This document shows, in pieces, positions 19,138-28,223 of a DNA stretch of 64,000 bases. The stretch is from a candidate division WWE3 bacterium RAAC2_WWE3_1. GTDB taxonomy: Bacteria > Patescibacteriota > WWE3 > UBA101185 > UBA10185. The translations under genes and the position numbers were made by a program. The notes below the pieces were generated by a model, which saw only the letters and a list, made by a program, of their open reading frames with translations, was not told the DNA's origin and did not search any database. The stretch lies in NCBI GenBank assembly GCA_000503835.1, contig CP006914.1, forward strand, positions 593,680-657,679, given 5' to 3'. Each line of letters starts with the position of its first letter. Position 1 is the stretch's first letter.

Positions 19138-19976
19138 ACCATAGAACAGTTATAGTTACTGCTGCCGTTCACCCGGGCTTAAACCAAAAGCTCATTCCAA
19201 CCGAAGTTGGAAATCACCCCCGATCTTGACCTACGGGCACTGGGCAGGCATCGGCCCCTATACATCCCATTACTGGTTTAGCAGAGACCTATGTTTTTGT
19301 TAAACAGTCGCTTGAGCCATTTTTGTGCCCCCTACCGACTCCCTGCTTACGCAGGTTCGTGGCAGGGCATCCTTTTCCCTAAGTTACGGATGTAATTTGC
19401 CTAGTTCCTCAACCACGATTCGCTCGTTCGCCTTAGTATCCTCTACTCATCTACCTGTGTCGGTTTACGGTACGAATATTGTAAGATCTCCCTAGAGAAT
19501 TTTCCTGGAAGCTTGCGTGACACCAAATTATCCGCCTTGCGGCAGACTTTCCCTAAGCTCGACGTAGCGCCCGTGCGGATTTGCCTACACAGACTGCCTT
19601 GCTTTTGGGACTCAAATCCTTAATGAGCTTGGTCCATCATGCTCCGTCCTCCCATCGGTAATAACGATCTTACAAAAGTGCAGGAATATTAACCTGCTAT
19701 CCATCGGGTACGCCTTTCGGCCTCCCCTTAGGGTCGACTAACCCTCCGATGACTGGCATTGCGGAGGAACCCTTAGATTTTCGGCGGGGTGGGTTTTCAC
19801 CACCCTTACGTTACTCATGCCAACATTCTCACTTGATGCCGCTCCAGCGCCCCTCACGGGTACACCTTCACTGCTGCATCAAAGCTCCCCTACCACTTGC
19901 TGAATAAACAGCAAATCCATAGCTTCGGTATTATGCTTGAGCCCCGTTAAATCGTCGGCGCAAAATCGTTCAACTA

Positions 19977-20027
<51 letters not shown>

Positions 20028-20627
20028 AGCTGTCTTAACGATCTCACTTCCTTGCCCACTAAGCATAATTTAGGGACCTTAGCTGATGGTCCGGGTTGTT
20101 TCCCTTTCGTGCCACGAGATTTCCCCGCAGCACTGACTCCTTGGAACACTTTGCGCATTCGGAGTTTGGTAGGGGTGGGTACACTTGCGCGCCCCATCCC
20201 CTTTCAGTATCTCTACCTCGCAAAGTTATATAACAAGGGCTTAGTCGGTAAACCGACGTAGACCTTGTAATCAAGGGCTATACCTAAATATATTTCGGGG
20301 AGAACCAGCTATTGCCAAGTTCGATTAGCGTTTCACCCCTAACCACAGCTCATCCGAGCATTTTTCCTCATACAACGGTTCGGACCTTCACCCTGATTTC
20401 GCAGGGTTTCATCCTGGCCATGGTTAGCTCACCTGGCTTCGGGTCTAATAAAATGGACTGGTCGCCCTATTAAGACTCGGTTTCCCTACGCCTCCGCCGC
20501 TGTTACGGCTTAAGCTTGCCCAATCTATTAACTCGTTGGCTCATTCTTCAATAGGCACGGCATTACCCTTACGGGCTTTGCCAGCTTGTCTGCATACGGT
20601 TTCAGTATCTATTTCACTCCCCTAACA

Positions 20628-20658
<31 letters not shown>

Positions 20659-21348
20659 ATGCGCTATCGGTGTATTCGCGTATTTAGCCTTACGACGTGG
20701 ACGTCGTTTGTTCACACAGGGTTACACGTGTCCCGTGCTACTCAAGATCAACCCAAGAGTTTTTTTCGTTTCAAATACGGGGCTGTTACCCTCTATGGCG
20801 CTTCTTTCCAGAAGGCTTCTTCTACGAAAAAAATTTAGTTAACTCTTCTATGATCAAACATTAGGATTGTCTATACCCCCAATATTAATATGGGTTTGGG
20901 CTGTTCCCCGTTCGCTCGCCGCTACTAGGAGAATACCTGATTTGGTTTCTTTTCCTCCGGCTACTAAGTTGTTTCAGTTCGCCGAGTTCCCTCTAAATTA
21001 CCTATGGCCGCTTGCGCAGTTTTCAGTAATTAGTAACCTCGCCTTATAAGCGGGTTGGGTTTCCCCATTCGGAAGTCCCCGAGTAATAACGTTTCGTAGC
21101 AACTCCTCGAGGCTTATGGCAGCTTAGCACCTCCTTCATCGGCGCGAATACCCAAGGCATCCACCATATGCATTAGTATCTTTACTTACATTTGGATACA
21201 GTAAACTGTTTCCGGCGAAACCATTGGTTTACACCAACGGTTTCCGATCGAATCGTAAAATTGAATCTTTGTTGATAAAAGACTTTCTGTTCAGTTTTCA
21301 AAGAGCTTTTTCAAAAAAATACTTTCTTGCCCTTCCACCAATTTTTCT

Positions 21349-21424
21349 TGGTGGACCGTAGCGGGATCGAACCGCTGACCTCTACATTGCAAATGTAGCG
21401 CTCTGCCAACTGAGCTAACGGCCC
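21349..21424 (-). tRNA. tRNA-Ala(UGC)
   Basis: Cloverleaf GGGCCGUUAGCUCAG...UU UGC AA...GGUUCGAUCC...CCA with G3:U70. Confidence 0.97.
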
Positions 21425-21446
21425 TGAAGGGATTGAAAGCTTTATC

Positions 21447-21475
21447 AGTTTATCCGAAGACAAACGTGTTTTCAA
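21447..21475 (-). promoter_or_regulatory. Sigma70-type promoter for the tRNA-Ala-23S-5S unit
   Basis: TTGAAA-N17-TAAACT ending 22 nt upstream of tRNA-Ala; boxA-like GCTCTTTGAAAAC near 21295-21306. Confidence 0.55.
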
Positions 21476-21607
21476 TACGCTTCAGAGACGGCACACCTTT
21501 AATGCATAGAACATGCATATTAATAATAAAGTTTGGAAATTCAGAGCTTACTAACTTCCGTCAAGCGGAAGGAAGGTAAATTCCTTAAGGTAAGGACATT
21601 TTTAACA

Positions 21608-22609
21608 CTAATTAGAAGGGGTGTCAATGATTTCGAAGAGCGCGGCGGCAAGCTTTGTGGGGTCGTGGCGGATGAGGCTTCTTTTGACCTTGTCCGATGC
21701 CGAAACCACAACTTTTGCGTTTGATAATAAGTCCTGTCTTATAACTTTAGCTCCTTTATATTTATCCGAAGTATCATCCTCAACCCAAATTGTCCCGTCA
21801 ATTGTGTAATAATAATCCAGTAATTCCTGTGAGGGACGGTTGGAGTTTATCAAAACATAATTAACATAATTTCCGCCCAGGTATTTGTTAATTTCGTCGA
21901 CGTGCTTCGAAACAGGAAAGCCATCCGTCTGCCCCGGATGGGACATGAGGTTACTGACGTAAATCATTTTCGCATTTGTGAACTTCATCACTTCCTGCAT
22001 TCCCGTCACGAGAAGATTCGGAACTATGCTTGTATAAATGTCGCCGGGACCGAGAACTATGTAGTCTGCCCTTTCCAGAATTCTCTTCGCTTCCAAGTTC
22101 ATAAGTGCGGGGGGAGACAAATATACTTCTGTTATCGCTGCATGGTTTTTTTGAACTGATTCAATAGCGTGCTCACCTTCTATTACAGAGCCGTCTGAGT
22201 ATTTTGCACACAACGAAGACTTAGAAAAAGTGATGGGGTAAACATTACCGCTGGTTTGTAATATTTCTGCCGCGAGGTTTATTGCTTCCTGATTTGAACC
22301 CGTGATTTTTTCGAGAGCGGATATAAATATGTTTCCGAAATTATGTCCCTGAAGATCTCCTGAATCAAACCTGTAGGTGAAAAGTTTTCGCCAAATGTCG
22401 CGGGATTCTGACAGCGCAACCAAAGCCTGCCTTACATCTCCCGGCGGTAGAACGCCAAGCTGGTCTTTTAAACGGCCGGTCGAGCCTCCTGAATCCATCA
22501 TAGTAACAACGGCATTAAGGTTAAGGGAATATTCTCTCAAACCGGAAAGGGCGACAAAAGTGCCGGTGCCCCCTCCAACTACTACCACAAGAGCTTGCTC
22601 TTTTACCAT
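21608..22609 (-). CDS. yvcK: YvcK/GlmR (UPF0052) family protein
   Basis: GGGTG, DSGGSTGRL, PPGDVR, GHNFGN, GPGDIYTSIVPNL, RHDP motifs. Confidence 0.9.
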   Translation of the reverse strand: MVKEQALVVVVGGGTGTFVALSGLREYSLNLNAVVTMMDSGGSTGRLKDQLGVLPPGDVRQALVALSESRDIWRKLFTYRFDSGDLQGHNFGNIFISALEKITGSNQEAINLAAEILQTSGNVYPITFSKSSLCAKYSDGSVIEGEHAIESVQKNHAAITEVYLSPPALMNLEAKRILERADYIVLGPGDIYTSIVPNLLVTGMQEVMKFTNAKMIYVSNLMSHPGQTDGFPVSKHVDEINKYLGGNYVNYVLINSNRPSQELLDYYYTIDGTIWVEDDTSDKYKGAKVIRQDLLSNAKVVVSASDKVKRSLIRHDPTKLAAALFEIIDTPSN

Positions 22610-22712
22610 AAGTGATATACATCATACTAGGGATGGGTTGGGGTGGCAAAATTGAGAGGTACGGGCGTAGACTCAGCGTTGGTGCTATGCTAGAATTTGC
22701 ACAGTTTTATGC

Positions 22713-22789
<77 letters not shown>

Positions 22790-22878
22790 TTAGTTTTGGC
22801 GGATTGCACTTTAGGTGCAAGCCGGCAAAAGTACTGTGAGACTGGGAGCGAACCAAGCGAAGCGTCGTTCGATCCCAA

Positions 22879-23006
22879 CAATTCCGCGAGCGAAGCGAGT
22901 GGAATTGCTTTGAGGTAAATCAATTCTGCGAGCGAAGCGAGTGGAATTGCTTTGAGGTAAATCAATTCTGCGAGCAGAGCGAGTGGAATTGCTTTGCGAA
23001 GCAAAT
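22879..23006. repeat. Tandem array of three ~42-bp palindromic (REP-like) units
   Basis: CAATTCYGCGAGCGAAGCGAGTGGAATTGCTTTGAGGTAAAT at 22879, 22921 and a variant at 22963; each unit is a CAATTC/GAATTG hairpin. Confidence 0.9.
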
Positions 23007-23067
23007 GATCACCCATCAAAAAAATCTCCTTCACAAAACTTGTAGGTTTCGTAAAGGAGAAGCTTGG

Positions 23068-23370
23068 TTAGGCAGGACCGTAATGTAACAACGCAATCAA
23101 TCGACCATCCGTTTTATGTATTGACATTGGTGCGAACCAATGTTTTCCAATAGGCAGCAGCAGCTGATGTTGAGCGTTTTTGGCGGCTTTTCTTACTGCC
23201 TCACTTCCTGCAGCTGTCTCCAGCGCTAAAACAATGGCTTTTTCATAGGGGGCGGTCAGGCTGTTTTGGTTCAGTTGAGGGTGCGCTAAGTACACCTCAT
23301 TAACCAAAATAGCCTTACATTTGGTTCCGCCCGGCAAAATTACATCCACAATATCGTAGTGTTTATCCAT
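23068..23370 (-). CDS. Hypothetical protein (100 aa)
   Basis: ATG at 23370 (MDKHYDIV) with SD AAAGGAG. Confidence 0.65.
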   Translation of the reverse strand: MDKHYDIVDVILPGGTKCKAILVNEVYLAHPQLNQNSLTAPYEKAIVLALETAAGSEAVRKAAKNAQHQLLLPIGKHWFAPMSIHKTDGRLIALLHYGPA

Positions 23371-23458
23371 CCCAATCTCCTTTCGCATTGATTTCGCCGA
23401 TTTAGGCAGATAGAGCACCCAGTTTACTGAAATACTCTATCTTAGGAACCCACAAAAA

Positions 23459-23638
23459 TCACTCAACTTTTCCATCTTGCTTCAAACTTTGAAGGGTTTT
23501 CCTAACATCTTGCGTTGTTTTATCAATTCCTTGAGTTTTTAATCTTTTCTGAATTTCTTCAACGCTGACACCGTTCAATCCACACGATAGAACGATTTGA
23601 TAAACAGTAGTTTCCAATGACGTTAGTTCAGGCTCCAC
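23459..23638 (-). CDS. Small winged-helix-like protein (59 aa)
   Basis: Manual translation MEPELTSLETTVYQIVLSCGLNGVSVEEIQKRLKTQGIDKTTQDVRKTLQSLKQDGKVE; SD TAAGGAG before GTG. Confidence 0.6.
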   Translation of the reverse strand: MEPELTSLETTVYQIVLSCGLNGVSVEEIQKRLKTQGIDKTTQDVRKTLQSLKQDGKVE

Positions 23639-23740
23639 GGTCTCTCTCCTTAAACGATTTTGCAGTGATTATACACTATGTTTTTGAGGTGCTACAGTCA
23701 GTTCCAACGTAGTCCCCCAAATGCCCCACCGTCAAGTTGA

Positions 23741-24475
23741 TTATTTGAGTAGATTTAGCACGTCTTCTTTGCTTTTTGGTTTCCCCTCAGACCCCAACAA
23801 CCATAGTGCTTTATCAAAGACCAACCAACTATTATTTGTGTCAACACACGCCTTATTCCATAAATTTTTAACCAAGTTTATGTTTTTTTGAGTCATCTGG
23901 TCTGAGTCAATATAACCTAGCAAATACGCTATTCTCACATCGTGTACATCAACAGGAGGCAGTATGGTATCAATATCTGAAAAAGAATAATCAAATGTAT
24001 TTATCATTGTTCTAACAAAGAAATTACCTATTTTTGGACCAAATCCCCGAAATTCTTTTAATCTTTTTATAATATTCTGACAGAATGGAGTATTTTCAAA
24101 GATTTTTCTAGGGTCACCCTCATATCTATTCAGTAAAATCTCGGTATTGTGCACATATCTTCTTACTGCTTCATTGATGTATCTAGGACGGAGATATTCC
24201 TCCAATGTTCTGGTCAGTACTTTCTCTGGTAAATTACCGATGAAATTTGGAGTAAAAAATAGGTTATTTTGCAAATAAAGCCTATTTGCACCTTTGTATA
24301 GAATTTGGGATTTCATCGCGTAGTCTAGTTGTAAAACGTAAAAAATAAAAAGCGATTTGTTTAAGTCACCCAAATCATCAGGTATTAATTCTTCTGCATT
24401 AATCTTTTTGTTAAAGATGCCTGCATTGTTGTTGTATTGGTTAATAACGCAAGTAACAAATTCTTGGGGTGTCAT
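23741..24475 (-). CDS. HhH-GPD superfamily DNA glycosylase-like protein
   Basis: HhH FRGFGPKIGNFF and PPVDVHDVRI motifs; AT-rich. Confidence 0.7.
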   Translation of the reverse strand: MTPQEFVTCVINQYNNNAGIFNKKINAEELIPDDLGDLNKSLFIFYVLQLDYAMKSQILYKGANRLYLQNNLFFTPNFIGNLPEKVLTRTLEEYLRPRYINEAVRRYVHNTEILLNRYEGDPRKIFENTPFCQNIIKRLKEFRGFGPKIGNFFVRTMINTFDYSFSDIDTILPPVDVHDVRIAYLLGYIDSDQMTQKNINLVKNLWNKACVDTNNSWLVFDKALWLLGSEGKPKSKEDVLNLLK

Positions 24476-24567
24476 TAACCCATTTTAGCACTAAGAACTA
24501 TGGAGTTAGTTCCAGCATAGTCCAGAATGACTCACCATAAAATTTCCGATCTAAAATTTAGACCAAC

Positions 24568-24595
24568 AAAAAACACTCCCCGCGGAGTGTTTTTT
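24568..24595. terminator. Terminator after the 16S unit
   Basis: AAAAAACACTCC-CCGC-GGAGTGTTTTTT. Confidence 0.75.
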
Positions 24596-24886
24596 ACCGA
24601 TTTGCTTTCAAGTGCTTAAAGGCAAGAAGAACAACCTTTACCTTGGAAGTTTAGGCTCTCTTCCAAACCCGCTCTTACTACATAAGGCGTATGTAGCATT
24701 TGTAACTCAACGTTTTAGAGCTAATCCAACGTTGAGTGCGTCTTATTTTTCAATGGTCTTTCTTAACAGCTAGTGCTAAGTCAAGTTTCCACCGATCAAA
24801 GATGCGTGTTCCTCCAAACGATCCGAACACCGTGCTAGGCACTTTGTCCTTTGGATCGTAGAGAAAGAAACATAAGTTTCTCCCTT

Positions 24887-26325
24887 AGAAAGGAGGTGAT
24901 CCAGCCGCAGATTCCCCTACGGCTACCTTGTTACGACTTCACCCTCATCACTGATTCCACCGTGAGCCCACTAATGTGAGACTTCGGGTGGCCCCAGCTT
25001 TGCTGGCGTGACGGGCAGTGTGTGCAAGACCCGAGAACGTATTCACCGTGGTATAGCTGACCCACGATTACTAGCGATTCCGGCTTCATGGAGTCGAATT
25101 GCAGACTCCAATCCGAACTGGGACCGGTTTTTTGGGATTAGCTCAGCCTCGCGGCTTTGCGACCCTTTATGCCGGCCATTGTAGCATGCTTCTAGCCCAA
25201 GGCGTAAGGGCAATACCGACTTGACGTCATCCCCACCTTCCTCCGCGTTGCCGCGGCAGTTCCGCTAGAGTGATACAACTAGCAGTAGGGGTTGCGCTCG
25301 TTAACCCACTTAAGGGTACGCCTCACGGTACGAGCTGACGACAGCCATGCAACACCTGTGTAAGCTCCGGGTTGGATACCGGTCGTTCGCCTTTCGGTCC
25401 ACTACTTCATACATGTCAAGCCTTGGTAAGGTTCTTGGGTTATCAGCCAATTGAAGAGCATGCTCCACCGCTTGTGCGGGTCCCCGCCAATTCCTTTGAG
25501 TTTTAATCTTGCGACCGTACTCCCCAGGCGGCCTGCTTAACGCGTTAGCTTCGACACCAAAAAAATCTGGCATCTAGCAGGCATGGTTTACAGCGTGGAC
25601 TACACGGGTATCTAATCCGTTTCGCTCCCCACGCTTTCGTCTCTCAGCGTCAGGACAACCCCAGGTAGCTGGCTTCCCCCTTGGTGTTCCGTATGATATC
25701 AACGCATTTTACTGCTACACCATACGTTCCGCTACCCCCTAGTCGCCTCCTAGCCAAACAGTATTGACAGCCTTTCCTCGGTTGAGCCGAGGTATTTGAC
25801 CACCAACTTATCTAGCCGCCTACAGAACTCTTTACGCCCAGTAAGACCGGGTAATGCTTGCACCCTACGTGTGACCGCTGCTGCTGGCACGTAGTTAGCC
25901 GGTGCTTATAACGAGGTTTACAACCCGAGGGCCGTCATCCCTCACGCGGTGTCGCTCCATCAGACTTTCGTCCATTGTGGAAGATTCCCGATTGCTGCCT
26001 CCCGTAGGAGTAAGGCCCGTGTCTCAGTGCCCTTCTGGCTGGTCATGCGCTAACACCAGCTACCCGTCAAAGGCTTGGTGGGCTTTTACCTCACCAACTA
26101 CCTGATAGGCCGCAGGCTCATCCCCAAGCGCATTGCTGCTTTGAAGTTTCCTTCACATAAGGAATTACTCCCTCTTTCGAGGGGCTATGCCTTACTTAGG
26201 GGTAGATTCCCACGTGTTACTCAGCCGTTCGCCACTACTTTGCATTGCTGCAGAATCGTTCGACTTGCATACCTTAGGCACACCGCTAGCATTCACCCTG
26301 AACCAGGATCAAATTCTTAGTTAAA
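24887..26325 (-). rRNA. rrs: 16S rRNA
   Basis: AGAAUUUGAUCCUGGUUCAG near 5' end, GUGCCAGCAGC, GUCGUAACAAGGUAGCC, anti-SD GAUCACCUCCUUUCU; flanks at ~24604-24632 and ~26340-26368 form a processing stem; ends approximate. Confidence 0.97.
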
Positions 26326-26531
26326 AAAAGGAATTTTGCGTTCTTCTTGCCTTAAAGTTCTTGAAAGCTCTTCGGTTATCAAAGTACGGCGACAACGATA
26401 TAAACACATCATTGTGCGCGGAAGAAAGGATACACTAGCAAAGTACAAATAGCAATATATTAATTAGTTGTCAACTCTATGCTACAGTTTTATCAGCGAG
26501 TGCATAAACATACTTTAGAAAAGGAGAGAAA

Positions 26532-26777
26532 ATGGATATTCTTGTTGCTTGCGAAGGCCGGGATTACACCTGTTATTTCGACGAACCCCCTCAGCACAAC
26601 AGTATTATCGACGCAAAAGAGATACCGGACGAGGCTCTTCGGAACCGTGTCATCAAGGAATTCAGCAGTCTTGCCGTAGTAAGATACTGCGGAGCCGTGT
26701 GGAGCCACACCAGGGGTAAAGAAATGACGAAGATCGAGCTTTTTCCTCTTAAACAGATAGCATTCGCCGGTGTCTAG
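26532..26777 (+). CDS. Small hypothetical protein (81 aa)
   Basis: SD AAGGAGAG; followed by hairpin ATCTCCGAAGG/CCTTCGGAGAT. Confidence 0.6.
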   Translation: MDILVACEGRDYTCYFDEPPQHNSIIDAKEIPDEALRNRVIKEFSSLAVVRYCGAVWSHTRGKEMTKIELFPLKQIAFAGV

Positions 26778-26819
26778 CCACAAAATCTCCGAAGGCGTAA
26801 TTAAAAACCCTTCGGAGAT

Positions 26820-28133
26820 CTACTCTACAAAGCTAATCTCAATTGAATCAGTACCGAATAAATCCGAAACAGTCTTTGGTAGGGACAGTTTATCAAAAAT
26901 CGGTGAACACGTAATTAAATCTACATGAAGGGCGTTGTGCTCGGGCCAGGTATGGACGGTAAGATTGGAGTTGGACAACACGTACACGAAAGTAAATCCC
27001 TTGCCTTTAAATTCCGTTATCTTCGTATCTACTATCTTTAACCGATGTTTCCGGCAAAGATCGTTCAGCAAACCCAACATCTTCCTCTTACTCTCCAGCA
27101 GCAACGTGGAAACTCCGAATACCTTAATAACAACATGGTCTACAAAAGGAAACCTTTCTTCCTTTTCAGCTTCGTACGTGTAAATTTTGCGGCTCGTCCT
27201 TATACCTTTATATACAGTTGTGGAAGGAATGGTTCTTAAAATAAAAAGCGAGCTTGCAGACCCGATAGATTCGGCACCGCTGTAGTGCGCAAAGTTTTTG
27301 ATTTTATCCTCTATCACCAGATTTGCCCTGTTCACAATTTCCTGTATCTTCAAAAACTTTTCCGGTGTCTTTGAACTGTTTCCGTAGAAAAAGAATATTT
27401 TTCTGTCGGGTGACGCCCCGCCTCCGATCATCTCCAGCGCTCTTTCAAGAAAAAGTTCTGCCCCGTAACGCGTGTAGGGCGGGTCTGTGAGAACGACCTC
27501 AAAACGTCCGTAAAATTCTTCTTTTAACTCCTCTCTGCAATCATAATGCACCGTCTGAACATTATCTATACCCATATCAGCAGTTTTGGTCTTAATAAAG
27601 GATAATAAGTCGTTGTCTGTGTCAAAGACGGTGAGGGATCTGAAACCCCCGTCAAGAAGGATTAGGGCAAGAGAAACAAAATCATCGTCCCCTATAAGAG
27701 CAATATTTTTACCCGCAACTTCTCCCCGCGCCACCATCACCTGGGCTTTCTTAACCGAAGTCTCGGGTAATGCGTAGAACTGATCGAGTTCCCGGGAAGC
27801 TTCTTTTTTGTATTCTTCTCTAATACCGGTGAATTTCTCAACAATTTTTTTGTCGCATTTCATAAAATCGCCGAAGGACCAGAGGTGGGGTCTTAGCATT
27901 AAATGTCTGAACTCTTCTTTTCCTTCTCCGCTCAAAACGGGATCTTCGCCACCTGTTTCTTCCAGATATGCCGACACAGCCCTCTTAAAACCACGTAAGG
28001 TTTCTTTGGGCAGTCCGGTAGTCCTGATAAGGGAACCTCCGGAAAGCAAAACAAAGAGCAGACCTTCAATCTCGCCATCGGATAATCCTAAATTCGCTCT
28101 TTTAAGTTTCTCTATGAAGGTTTTTTTATCCAC
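26820..28133 (-). CDS. Fusion of BpsA-like aminopropyltransferase (DUF43) and S-adenosylmethionine decarboxylase domain
   Basis: ELDQFYA, IALIGDDDFVSLAL, VLTDPPYT (BpsA family); C-terminal GFTFVYVLSNSNLTVHTWPE...DLITC (SpeD/SpeH class 1B). Confidence 0.8.
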   Translation of the reverse strand: MDKKTFIEKLKRANLGLSDGEIEGLLFVLLSGGSLIRTTGLPKETLRGFKRAVSAYLEETGGEDPVLSGEGKEEFRHLMLRPHLWSFGDFMKCDKKIVEKFTGIREEYKKEASRELDQFYALPETSVKKAQVMVARGEVAGKNIALIGDDDFVSLALILLDGGFRSLTVFDTDNDLLSFIKTKTADMGIDNVQTVHYDCREELKEEFYGRFEVVLTDPPYTRYGAELFLERALEMIGGGASPDRKIFFFYGNSSKTPEKFLKIQEIVNRANLVIEDKIKNFAHYSGAESIGSASSLFILRTIPSTTVYKGIRTSRKIYTYEAEKEERFPFVDHVVIKVFGVSTLLLESKRKMLGLLNDLCRKHRLKIVDTKITEFKGKGFTFVYVLSNSNLTVHTWPEHNALHVDLITCSPIFDKLSLPKTVSDLFGTDSIEISFVE

Positions 28134-28223
28134 GGGCTCATTATACAGCCAAACAACAAAATTCTAATATCCGTAGAGGCTATACAATACTCAAATTGTC
28201 CTGCCACATTTATATTAGAAAAC

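Noticed and set aside
22879-23006. Possible CRISPR array
   Set aside because: Units are head-to-tail with no unique spacers, and no cas genes are in the window
23459-23461. TGA readthrough or genetic code 25
   Set aside because: Conserved genes are full length under code 11, and several (mutM, lgt, rpiB, rpe) end at TGA in ATGA overlaps
24499-24540. GGACUAUGCUGGAAC on the minus strand resembles the group I intron P element
   Set aside because: No Q, R or S elements or exon context nearby; likely chance or a simple hairpin
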